Assembly (NCBI RefSeq): GCF_006345805.1
Contig: NC_043001.1
Span: forward strand, 129,828,001-129,892,000
DNA: 64,000 nucleotides
Direction: 5' to 3'
From: Octopus sinensis
Lineage: Eukaryota
Shown: in pieces, positions 1-12,616 of the stretch
How the letters are laid out: each line of letters starts with the position of its first letter
Position numbering within the stretch: position 1 is the first letter of the stretch
The notes under the pieces: generated by a model
What the model saw: the letters and a program-made list of their open reading frames with translations, nothing else
Databases searched by the model: none
What the model was told of the DNA's origin: nothing
Position numbers and translations under genes: made by a program

Positions 1-1575
1 TGAAGTATTCAATGGAAGGAAAAATTTCAAATTTTAAAAAAATTTCAACTTTGAAAAATTTTCTCAAAAGGGAATTTGTGAAGGATATAAGGGAAAGGGA
101 ATATAAGGTGGAAATTCTCTATAGCTGGGGCCATATATATTAACCAGGAATCAATAGTTCTACAGTTGAATGTTCATAGTTTCAATTTAAATTGTTCCTA
201 TTCTTCTTTGCCAGTGAAGAAATAAGATATATTCTATAAAAATAGAGGTAAAAAGAAGAAACTTCAGTTGGAAAAAAGCATTATAGAATATAAAACAGTT
301 TCAAGTAAATATATATGTGTGTGTGTTTGAGGAGGTTTGTGTACATGTATTTATTAAAAAATGTATAATATTCCAACAGCTTTCTTTCCTTTGTATTTTT
401 TTTATGCACATTTTATTTCAAAAGACTGTTATACTTCTGTTTCCCTTCTGTTCTGTTCATATTGAAGTTAAGAAGGAAAATAAAAAAGAAAAGACGACAG
501 AAAAACAAAAGTGCAAAAGAAAGGAAGTTGTTAAAAAATATTTTTAAAAAATGAAACAAAAAAGATGAATACAAAAATAAAAGGAAATGATTGAAAACTT
601 ATCTGTCTTTTATATTATTTCAAAACTGTCCCAGAAGCAATACAGTAGTAGAACAAGAGAATAAAAGAAATAGTCTCCAAGATAATATTGAACTTACTGG
701 ATCTATAAGTAGAGAGAGACGGTGCGAGTGAATGGGTGATGAAAAAGAAAACGGTTGTCTCAATGAATTCTTTGTTATATAACTAAGGACGAAAATACTG
801 AACAACAATAGGAATTTTTGTTTATTTGTAAAAGGAAACAAAATGAAAGAAATGACAACAACAAAAATTCAGTTTGATTTTTCCTTTTTTTTTTTTTTTT
901 AATGGCCAACAAAAATCGCAAGAGAAAGTAAGAAATTATATGAAATAAGTCATACTAAGTCCACTTGTATGTTGTGCTATTGCAAACCTACAGAGAGGAG
1001 GAGGAAAAAAGACAGAAAACGAATGAGAAAGAAATCAGAAAAAGGAAAAAAAAAAAATGGAAAAAAAGATCAGAAAAGGAATAAGAGAGAAGGAAGGTAA
1101 AAAAAAAACGATGTGGAAGGAGATGAAAATGAAAATGTCAAAGATGATAACAAATAAGAAGGAAAGGAAATAATGAGGGAATTCAATAAATTTTGATATA
1201 AGTGCTAGATAACAGTTGAGGAAAGAGTATTAAGAATAAGAAAAATATACAGCAGAACACTTTATCATTATGATTCTGGAAAATATCAATTTCTGATAGA
1301 AGCACAAGAGGACCATAAATTTACTGCCAGGTGGATGATGGGTGCATAGTTTTTCCTAACATCCACCCAGAACTTAGTTGGAGTTTTATTTTATTTCATC
1401 CATCCCCATTGGTGGGTAAAAGTAATACAATTACCACAAAATATTTTGTCTATTGCTCTATCAATTCAGCCAGTCCTCTGCCACTGCCCTTACAATAACC
1501 AACCCATCACCCTTACAACCACCAAACCCAGTCTATCATAGAATATCTTTAAAAAAAAAATGTTCTTGCTAATAA

Positions 1576-1975
1576 GCATAGCTGTGTAGATTAGAAACTC
1601 ACTTTGAAACCATGTTTTCAGGTTCAGTCCCATTGCACCTTGGACAAGTATCCTCAACTATAGCCCTGGGCCAACAAATATTTTCTGAGCGAATTCGATA
1701 GATGGAAACTGTAAAAGCCCATCATATGTACATATATGGTGTGTGTGTATTTGTCCTCCCACCATGGTTTGGCAAAGGAATAATGCTGTTTAAATCCCTG
1801 GAATTTAACTGTTTGGTAACAGAAACCACCAAAACGAACAGAATAAGTACTAGACAAAAAAGAAAAAAATATTCAAGTTGATCTGCTCAACTAAAAAAAA
1901 AAAAAAGAACTCTTCAAAGTAATGCCCTGTATGGCCACAGCCCAATGACTAAAGCCAGTGAAAGATAATAGCTTA
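1576..1975 (+). mobile_element. SINE family A, old diverged copy
   Basis: Degenerate match along its length to the intact A copy at 14363 (GGTTCAGTCCC B-box, GATGGAAACTG, GAATAAGTACT, ATGGCCACAG...AATGACT). Confidence 0.7.
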
Positions 1976-3876
1976 CATAAATCTTTCTACATCGAAAATA
2001 GAATATTCCGTAGTAAAGAACACGGAAGAGATTTATGTCAATGTACATGTGAAGCAGAGGCCAATCTGCCAAGAATTCGTTCATAATAATTTCTAGCAAT
2101 GGACTTCATCTAAAAGGTTAAGTTTCTATTCCATCAATGATATGCACAACTCCTTAGTTCTAACAATTATGTCTATAGAAAATACGAAATCAGGAGAGTG
2201 TACATAGTATATTTTTATTCCTTTTACTTTCATTGTCTGTGATATTTTCACCATTGCATAGGGATGTAAAATCTATATTAAAGGTTTCTTTTTAGGTGTA
2301 TTTTAAATATGGAAGTGTCAGATGTAGTCATGTAGGACATGTAGGGTGTGAACACAGAGTACTATCTATGATAGTTAAGATGGTCACATGTGTAACAAAT
2401 AAGCAGATTACACGAGGAACTAAACTGGCCTCCCATATCATTTTAATGCCCACTTTTCCATGGTTGCTTGGGGCTGATGGAATATGTTGAGGTAGATTTT
2501 CTATGACCAGATATCCTTCTGGTACCAACCCTCACCTTAATTCAAGTAAGATGATGTTACCTGTTGGCTGAACATATTTTCATGGGAAATTTAAAATGAA
2601 CGACAACATTTTTATGAAGGTGATGCAAATACATATATTTTACCTCTCTTTCTCTCTTTCTCTTGCTCTCTCTCTCTCCCTCCACACACACATATGTATA
2701 TGGAGAGAGAGAAAAAGAGAGAGAAAGGGGGAGCGAGACAAGACAGGCTTTTTCAGTTTCTATCAACTAAATCTGCTTATAAGTCTTTGGCTAGCCTTGG
2801 GCTATAGAAGAAGAGGCTTGCCCAAGGGGTCAAGCAGTGATACTGAATCCAAACCCATGTGGTTTTGAAGTGAACAACTGCATTGCTACTCTGGCACCCA
2901 CATGTACTTTGTAATCAGAGACACAAACGGAGAAATACATTGATCAGATACAGACATGTAGATTAAAATTTAGATATGTAAACATAGTTACTGATTAAGT
3001 TCTTAGGTTAGGGAGAGTGTGTTGTCAGCAATTGAAAAACTCTGACTTTAAACATGGGTCAGGTATGACTGTGTGGTTACAAAGCTCACTCAATAACCAC
3101 ATTGTTCTGGATTTGATCCTGATGCATGATGCCTTAAGTGTCTTCTACAACAGCCTAAAGCAATGCCACACAAGTAAAATTTAGTGGATGGGAAGTGTAT
3201 GGATTTTATAGCAGTTCTTTAAATAAACATCATGTTGAAATGATTCGAAAGAAGACAATAAAAAATGTTCTGGTGATAATTGAGTTAATTTAAGTAGCTT
3301 GTAAACCCTTTAACTTCTAGAAAAGCTGAATTGGTAAGAGTGACAGAGATGTCTTGTGAAACTTAGATACAGACCGTTACATTCTGTGAAGGCGTGGTTA
3401 AGGTGATGGTTCATCATTATTAGGTCTTGAGTTCCATTCTTGGATCAGACAGTATTTTGTGTCCTTGAGCAAGAAACCTCTTTTCCCATTGCTCTAGTCC
3501 ATGTAGCTGAAAATGAGTGTGCTGTAGCTGGGTGGGTGGCTAACTATCTGTTTGGGAAGAGGGAGTCTTTTACTCTCAGTCACCTAAACATGTCAGAAAT
3601 CTGCATAATCTCTACCCTCAAGATTAATTTGGTTTGAGGTAGAATTTATTTCTTTTTTATGTTAGATGGTATACCGTAAGTTCAAATTCTTCTGAGGTTA
3701 ACTTTGGATTCCTTTTTTTTTTCTGGGGCTAATAGAAAAGAATGTACCAGGTGCTTTTATCAACTTTACCCTCCCTGTAATTTGTAGCTACATGTCCATG
3801 CTAAAAATCAACATTATTACAATAATAGAACCTCTAAGGAAATATAGTTGAGTAGGTTTCCAAGTTGCACTAAAAA

Positions 3877-4270
3877 CAGGGTTATATGGTTAAGAAGTTC
3901 ACAATTCACAACCACATGGGTTTGTGTTTTGTCCCACTGCATGGCACCTTGTGCCAGTGTCTTCTATTATAGTCACAGGCCCACCAATGCCTTATGAGAG
4001 TAGATTTTTGTAGGTAGAAACTTTATGGAAGCCCAAACATAAGTGTATGTGTGTGCGTTTATGTGTGTGTGTGTTTATGTGTTTGTGTTTATGATGTCTC
4101 TAATCCCTTGACAACTAGTATTGGCTTATCTATCTTCTTATAACTTAACAGCTCTGCAAAAAGAGACTAATTAAATAAGTACTCGACATAAGAATATAGG
4201 TACTGGAATTGATTTGATTGGCTAAAACCAGTCTTCTAGCAGTCCACCAAGTGGAACAAATAAAAGAGAA
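3877..4270 (+). mobile_element. SINE family A, old diverged copy
   Basis: CCCACTGCATGGCACCTTG..AGTGTCTTCTA, internal (TG)n, AATAAGTACT; order matches family A. Confidence 0.65.
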
Positions 4271-4495
4271 TACCAGTAATAACAAAAGCACTTCCTCTCC
4301 TACATTTTCTAAAGACTTTGGCAAACTGGGTTGATGGGTGGTAGTGATGGTGATGGTGGTGGTGGATAATATTTCTATCAGTTTGATTGAATTAGTGCAG
4401 TTGCTAATATTACGGCAAATGTAAACAGCTTACTCTCTCCCCCGAAATTACTGACCTTATGCCAAATTTTAAAATCAATATTACAGCAAATTTTA

Positions 4496-4730
4496 AGGTG
4501 GTGAGCTGGCAGAATCAGAAGTATGCCAGGCAAAATGCTTAGTGGCATTTTATCCATCCTTACATTCTGAGTTCAAATTCCACCAAGGTCAATTTTGCCT
4601 TTCATCCTTTCAGGGTCAATTAAGTGTCAGTTAAACACTGAGGTTAATGTAGTTGACTTGTCCCCTCACCATAAATCTTGGGCTTGTGCCTATAGTAGAA
4701 AGGATCGTTATTATCATTATTATTATTATT

Positions 4731-4772
<42 letters not shown>

Positions 4773-4985
4773 GTGAGCTGGCAGAATCATTACCATGCCA
4801 GGCAAAATGCTTAGCGGCATTTCACCCATCCTTACATTCTAAGTTCAAATTCTGAGGTCAATTTTTGCCTTTCATCCTTTCAGGGTTGATAAAATAAGTA
4901 CCAGTCAAATAATGGGGTCAATGTGATCAATTTACCCTCTCCTCAAAATTACTGGCATTGCACGAAAATGCGAAGCTAATATTAA
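4496..4985 (+). mobile_element. Two tandem diverged SINE family B copies separated by (ATT)n(AAT)n
   Basis: Both begin GTGAGCTGGCAGAATC (about 4501 and 4773) and carry GAGTTCAAATTC and TTTGCCTTTCATCCTTTCAGGG. Confidence 0.75.
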
Positions 4986-5592
4986 AAGAAAAAAATTATC
5001 AGCAGTTACAGTTTGCATCATCCAGTTTTGATCCTCAGATCACTGCCGCACTAATGATGCATGCTCATGTGTAGACTCTGAAAACTCTACGTTCCCCCCC
5101 CCCATTTCCCTTCTTCTAACTTGCAGAGGTTTCATGTCTTAATATGAAATATTTATAAAGAAACTTAAAATAAAAGACAAAATGTCTTTATTAGAAATGA
5201 GCAAAGAGGTTTCTAGAAAATAAAATTACATTAAGCTCACACACACACATACACACACACAAACACACACACATAAACACACACACACAGATGCATGCGC
5301 ATACATAGATATTTACACAATGGTGTAATTGTGCAACTTACAAAAGCACATTTCTATGTTTTCATGATGGCTTATCTCCATGCAATCCTAGCACCTCATT
5401 GATTATGGTAAAAGTAAAATAGCTAGGTGTATATCAAGTCTTTTGTTGTGAGTTACATCTAAGGTGTAATAATATTAATAGAACAATTTAACATATTGTA
5501 AATTCGTATAAAGACAGGCATCACCATCATCATTATCATTTCTCTTTAAACTTTATGTGAAGCTACAAAAAAGAAAATTAAAGCTGCATATA

Positions 5593-5599
5593 AGTAGTA

Positions 5600-5666
<67 letters not shown>

Positions 5667-6030
5667 TAGTAGTAGTAGTATTAAAATATAGATTTGTGGC
5701 AGTTGCTGTAGTCATTGGTGATGATGATGATGATCATCATCATTATGAAATAGAGGATAGTGGTCAGAAGAAAGGTAGATGTAATGGTGGTGGTAGTAGC
5801 ATTAGTAGTAGTAGAATTGTAGTAGTAGTAGTAGCAGCAGCAGCAGGAGTAAAATACAGTTTTGTTGCTGCTGCTGCTGCTGCTGATCATCATCATCATC
5901 ATTTTGAAATAGAAGGCTGTGGTCAGAAGAATGGTAGATGTAAAGATGGCAATAGTAGTAATGGTGGTGGTGGTGGTAGCAGGAGTAGTAGTAATACTGA
6001 TATGTTGATGATGATGATGATGATGATGAT
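5593..6030. repeat. Compound trinucleotide array (TAG/GAT/CAT/GCA/GGT)
   Basis: Direct reading; the 154-aa poly-V ORF is a translation of it. Confidence 0.9.
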
Positions 6031-6589
6031 AAAGGTAACGGCAATAAGGAAGGGGGTTTTGTAATAAAAATATTATTGAGTATGATGACGGTCCTAACGA
6101 TGATTATGAAGCCTACATTTCTACAACATCTATAATTAGTTTTGTACTGTTTCTGCATCATGCTTGCTCTAAATTTTAATTTAATTTTAACTTTTAATTT
6201 TAACTATGAAAAAAAAAAAGCAAAAAAAAAAAAATTATATAATAAATAAATAAACTCACCCACCTCCATTCCAGTTTCCTTTTTAACCAAAAATGCCAGT
6301 CTTTGGTTGAATGAATATCTTCATTAGCGAAATCTTTCTCAGTACAACATTATCAAATCTTTCCATTTTCCTCGGCTTTTGTGTCATCAACGCATCTACA
6401 CACACAAACACACACACATACACACACACACACATGCTCCAAGTTGACTGTGTATATAACATCATACCAATATTTCTTGTACATCAATATCATTAATAAC
6501 ATCAACGAGGGGAAGTGGAGGGACGTGCTGTGGCTGGGAATATGGATGCAAGGAGAGAAATACCTAAGAAAATATTCCAAGAGCAACAG

Positions 6590-6596
6590 AAACATA

Positions 6597-6627
<31 letters not shown>

Positions 6628-6661
6628 AAGAGAAATGGAGAAAGGATGACGTTTGTGTGCT

Positions 6662-6746
<85 letters not shown>

Positions 6747-6889
6747 GAAGCATACAAAGCAAAGATTCTGGCTACATCAGAATTCATTGTGTGAGGTTTT
6801 GACATCATTCTAGGCCTCTTTAAAGATTTCCAGAGTAGACAATAAAAGCACTTGTCTGCTTGCAGCTCTACAACAATATCTTACGATTG

Positions 6890-6980
<91 letters not shown>

Positions 6981-7390
6981 TATACATGTATATATGTATA
7001 CATGTACATATTGATATACATGTACATGTATATAAATGTATGCATATGTCGGTGGGTGTAGGCATGTATTTGTACATGTAGATATTTGTGTATGTGTGTA
7101 TATATATATATATACTTACATATGGTATTATACACATATATGCACATGTTATATATATATATGTGTATGTATGTATATACACACACACAAATAAGTGTAT
7201 GTATATTATATATATATATATATATGCATGCACATATTTTCATATATATAGTTATGCATACACATATGTACATTTTATATAAATATATATATGCAAATAT
7301 ATATATATATTTACCATACACACACACACCCAAACATGTATATCTGTTATATATGCACAAACATATATATGATATACATATGAATTATAG

Positions 7391-7433
<43 letters not shown>

Positions 7434-7460
7434 CCATACACACACACAAATATATATATA
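6590..7460. repeat. Compound (TA)n/(GA)n/(TG)n/(CA)n microsatellite field
   Basis: Direct reading; source of the YIYI ORFs. Confidence 0.95.
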
Positions 7461-7882
7461 TGTATAAATATAATCTAGAAATGAAAGGCATGGACATATA
7501 TCTATGTCCATCCAATGTACAACAATCTACTTTGAAGCTATTGATAAATGGGTTGGTTTCTCAGTCAAGTTATTGAATTTCTGTAAGAAGGCAGAAATCA
7601 AAACCTTGGTGCTATAATGGAGAAAACCTTGCCAATTATCCTACCTAAGGTAGGTTTCTCTACTTATTGAATACATATATTAAAATCCTCTTTCTCAGGG
7701 AATGTTTGCAAATGATCGGTTTTACATTGCAGAGCCACAATCTCTTAATCTTTGAAGTCACTGGGTAATGTAATTTCTTCATATGCATTGTCAGAATGGA
7801 ATTCATGGAATATTGGTATTCTTCTATAACAACTACCACAGTGACAATAGCACGCTTAACAATACTACTACTACTACTACTT

Positions 7883-7916
<34 letters not shown>

Positions 7917-8015
7917 AAGTAGTGGTATAACTTGCTGGCACTAGTAAAAACAACATTTATAAGAGAATTGAGGGGGATAACAGAAGCAGTAATAGCAATA
8001 TCAGCTGCAAAAACT

Positions 8016-8047
<32 letters not shown>

Positions 8048-8171
8048 CGCAGCAGCAGCCCTTGTGTTTATACTATGGAATGAAATTGGAGATGTACACT
8101 ATTATATACAAAACATTTTTGATGGATAAACAAATATTTAAAATTAAATGTAAAATATATATCTACATTTA

Positions 8172-8234
<63 letters not shown>

Positions 8235-8800
8235 TTAGAGAGAGAGAGAGAGATGGAGAAGCACATATGTACGGATGGGCATGCATACATACATACATAA
8301 CCTGGGATTTTCAGTGCAGTCTGTGAGTGGAACAGAAAAAATATGCAAGACTTTTCTCAAGTTCCAAATGTGAATTTGTCTGTGTTAACTACATCCCAAA
8401 GATGGAGCCTTGTATCTTTGTCGGAAACCAGCTCCCACCTCAGTGGAAGATTGTTAATAATTAGAAAAATAGAAGAGACACACATACATACATACATACA
8501 TACATACATACATACGTCACTTCTATTTTTTTTTAATCCAAAGGTGAGTGGGGCAGCTAATGTACTTCAGTCAGTGGACTGTGGGTTCCAGTTCAGTTTT
8601 ATGCACTTTTCTCAAATATGAAAATGCATACAGCATATTAAGATTTATTAAGGGTTTAAAAAGTTGTACGATAGCAGAAATATATATATATATATATGTG
8701 TTTGTGTGTGTGTGTGTGTATACACAAATAAACAAATATATAACCCATGCTAGCATGGAAAGCGGACGTTAAACGATGATGATGATGAATATATATATAT

Positions 8801-9113
8801 AATAACAAAGGGTAAAATTAATTAATTAAGAAGTAATCAATAAATTTCACCAAGTAGGATTCGGTATGAAAACAGGACCGCTAACACGGTAAATTTTAGT
8901 AATACTAATAAAAAGGGTTCGGCAAAAGAATTGCCTCGCTGCATACCAAAGTTCAGAAATAACAGCCAAAATCTTAGCCATTTCTTCTACTTTAAATAGG
9001 GTCTTCCAGAGAACTCAAAATACTTCAAGTATTTTGAGTTCTCTGGAAGACCCTTTTTAAAGTAGAAGAAATGCGGCGAGGCAATTCTTTTGCCGAACCC
9101 TTTTTATTAGTAT
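8801..9113. repeat. Repeat fragment with foldback (inverted) 3' part, embedded in (TA)n
   Basis: 8902-9025 pairs with 9027-9113; (TA)n on both sides. Family not identified. Confidence 0.6.
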
Positions 9114-10076
9114 ATATATATATATATATATAGACTAATCTCTATTTCATTCCACAGTTAAGTTTCTTCACTTCTTAACATAACGAGAAAAAGGTTACAA
9201 CTCTCAAAGTAGAAGTGGTAACAAGTGTATAGTAAGATATATAGTTTTCAAAGACATTCTCTTCTAAGACTACATCTTCAGTACTACCTATATAAGTTTT
9301 ACAGCATCTCAAGAAACAAATGCTTCAGGGGAAAAAAATATAATCTCAAATGGTATTATGCTTTCCATGTTACCCTATAAATTTCCAATAACTTCATAAT
9401 TTAAAAAATAACCATGGATTTAGCTGTTTAGCAGTATCAATTTTAAAAGCTGCAGAAGGAACAGAATTTTTAATATCATATCCACACATTTCTTAGACTA
9501 GTCAAAGAAAATCTGTAGGAACAAGACAGAAACACAAAATGTAAGGTGCAAAGTTTCCACTTAGATTTTCTTGGCTTCTATGCGAAGGGCATCTGATCAC
9601 TGAAATCTACCTCAACAAATTCTGTTTAGCCTGTACAAGCATGGAAAAAAAGATGCTAAAATAATGATGTATATTGATGAATCTTTGTGTTGCAAGTTAC
9701 TTGGTTACGCCACTGGTGTCATGTAAAAAGCACCCAGTACATTCTATAAAGAGGTTGGCATTAGACAACAAACAGCCATGGAAACCATGTGAAAGCAGAC
9801 AGTAAAGCATGGTGGAGTCCTCTGGCTTATTAACTACTGTCAAACTGTCCAACCCATGCCAGCACGGAAAACAAAGTGGCAATATTCCTCGTTAGTAGCT
9901 CAATGGAAAGCATTAGAAGCTCTTTGTAAATGCATTTTTTCAACTCATGCATGCTTGGAAGAACAATCATGTAGATTTAGACTGAACTTTGCATGGCACC
10001 TTGGGCAAGTATTTTCTGTAGTCATAAGTCAACTTGTAAGTGAAATTTGGTAGATGGAAACTGCACAGAAGCTCAT

Positions 10077-10114
<38 letters not shown>

Positions 10115-10115
<1 letters not shown>

Positions 10116-10621
10116 TAGCAGTATCGCCCGGCGTTGCTCGGGTTTGTAAGGGAAATATAAGCATTTTTAGAGAGTTACTTCCCTTATAGATGCCAATTCG
10201 GGCTTTCTTAGCCATTTCTGTTTTGGTGTCTTCAAGCCATGAAGTCGTTGTTCTAAAAGAACGCTGGTCTCCTTGACAACGCTTTACGACGTTGATTTCC
10301 TTACACTCCCTTCCCCACAGCTTCACGAGGGAGGGAAGAAGGGGGAGAAGCAAACAGGCGCAGATGTGAGCTTGGACGCCAACTCCGCCGCCATCGACAC
10401 ACGAAAAATTATGCATTAAAATGGAATAAAAAATGATGTTAAATTATTTTTAAAATCGTAGACTCATCGTAGACGCGCGCTAATACTCAGACGGGCTTGA
10501 TATTAATCACGACTATAAGATACCCGAATTTGGTTAAACTGCGCCGCAAAATGTGGGAGTAGTTAGGAATCTAAATCGAAGGGGACAGACACTCACACAA
10601 CTACAGTTTTATATATATAGA
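10115..10621 (-). mobile_element. Non-autonomous Helitron (507 bp)
   Basis: On the minus strand it starts 5'-TC and ends CTAG-3', with a GC hairpin CCCGAGCAACGCCGGG ending 8 nt before CTAG. It lies between A and T with no TSD, the canonical Helitron end signature. Confidence 0.8.
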
Positions 10622-10689
10622 TATATATAAGGAGTTTACATTGACATTCCATAATTTAGCAGTTCAACAAATTTTCTTCCTTTTGGCAG

Positions 10690-11222
10690 TCAGTCATCAC
10701 AACTATGATTGTTCATGCTTATGGCATGACTTGATAAGCCTTGTCTATACTTGTCAATTTTTGCTTGAGTTTGCCATTCATTATGATCACTTCCTTTCCA
10801 ATTCATATTCCTTTTTTGCAGTATCTTTGAATCTCAGTCTAGTTCTTCCATGGTTTCTTTCCTCTTGCAGAATTGGAAGTTAAGGATTTGTCTAGGGAGT
10901 CTGCTGTTGTCCATCCTGTATATGTGTCTCAACTAAAATAAATTTCTATCAATGAGGATTTGCCATATAGGAGGAGGCAGACCAGCACTCCATAGGATCA
11001 CTTCATTCCTAAATATGTCAAAGAGAGTGATATTCGTAATTTGTCATTTCTCTCTTATCATGTATGCATGTAACTTGTCTATTTGAGCTTTATAGACCAT
11101 CCAAGTCTCAGCTCCACACAAGAAAGACAGCACTATAGCCTGGTAGACCTTACATTTGACACGTAGAAATATGTCTACTTTTCCACAGCCCCTGCTGCAG
11201 TCGGCCAAATGAATAGATCTCA
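10690..11222 (-). mobile_element. Decayed RTE-clade LINE, RT C-terminal region
   Basis: Minus-strand translation across frameshifts gives SFGRL..LWKSRHIS..KCKVYQAIVL, CGAETW, HIYRMDNSRLPRQIL and GRTRLRFKD, the typical RTE/BovB-like post-RT motifs. Confidence 0.75.
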
Positions 11223-12616
11223 ATAAAATAATGTCTCAGATTTTAAAAGAATATCTATGTACTGGGGTTGATATGATAAGGTAGACACTTAGAAACAATG
11301 CCCCAACATAGATGCAATCCAATGATTAAAACAAGTGAAAGAGTAAAAGAAACATTCTAACAGCTCATCTCACTCAATGGTTGATTTAGTTGAAATAATC
11401 AAAGTTTTACAAAGCTCTCTTCACAAAACCTGAGTCCAACCTCCACAATAGCCACCAGCCGAATTTTCTAGCATAAAGAAATAGACTGGACACTGAATAC
11501 AGTCTATTACTGAAACAACATATCCATACTGTTGCGTTGTACCAAATACTTAACAAATAGAATGTGTAATATATCGTGCTCAACTAGGCAAAGTATATCT
11601 AGAATAGTAGATATGTTTGTCACAGCATACGTGTACTTGATCAGAGCTTGCAAAGACTATACACCAATAATTCTCAAAGAATTAAGCCCTATTATGAGTT
11701 TTATCTATGCAGGAGAAAGAAACACTAACAGTTTCATATCTATTTTTCCATGACTCATAAATTCTAACATCTTGAGGAATGGTTTCTCTTCATCTGATGA
11801 TTCTTTGACCTTCAATCAACAGCATAATTCAAATCAGATGATTTATCTTTAGCCTGATTGTAATCAATCATCTATCTTTTTAATGGCAATAATAGATAGG
11901 AAACAAAGAAAGTAAGTGTATAAATCTTCGCTACAGAATTTCAATTGAAGTGAAGACTCACAGTTTAATTTCCCAAATATTAATACAGTTTATTTTGAAG
12001 TCATTTATACAAGTGGCATTAATGATTTGCTTTGCTAAATTACTGCAGTCATTAACTGTCTTTAGTGAGAATGAATATTTTCTTACTAATGATACTTAAA
12101 AATACTTCAGCATATATTAATAACCTCTTAAAACTTCACTGTTGAATTCAAGTATTTCACTTATTGCTGTAGTTTCTTAAGTCCTTGTTATAATTGATCT
12201 TAAACCAGTTCACAATAATAACCCACTTTCACATCCTCAAAGCAGGTGATCTGGAAGAATGTATTGTAATCCAACATTGCTCAGTCTTATATTTGAAAAA
12301 CATAACTTATGACATGTAAATAGCTAAATAGACATAGACATCAGAGACAATATTTTCACTGTCTTCCTTTTATGTCCACTTTTTAATGCTGGCATTGGTT
12401 CAATGTGTTGTCACAGAGTAAGTTACTCCTTATTCAGAGTTCCTGCCTTCTTAAATAGGCCACAGATCATATGTTGCTCATATGCTTAACTTTTGGTATG
12501 TTTTCTATGGCTGGATGCTCTTCCTATCGCAAGCCAATTTACAAAGAGTACTGAATTATTCATTTTATCAAGGAAGCAGTATTAGAGAAATTGTGATTTA
12601 GATAGTAAATAATGAT

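Noticed and set aside
698-782. Possible 85-nt minus-strand exon (TTAG...CCA|GTAAGT); similar weak candidates near 16.6, 34.8, 51.6 and 62.5 kb
   Set aside because: No recognisable protein, several have stops in all frames, and they cannot be linked into a consistent gene.
6283-7515. Many ORFs rich in YI/YT/CV/ER (also at 36.6-39.6, 44-46, 53 and 61-64 kb)
   Set aside because: They are translations of dinucleotide microsatellites that lack stop codons in some frames.
8521-8549. AG|GTRAG recursive-splice-like sites (8543 +; about 34810 and 51041 -)
   Set aside because: A handful are expected by chance in 64 kb of AT-rich DNA, they fall on both strands, and no host gene is known.
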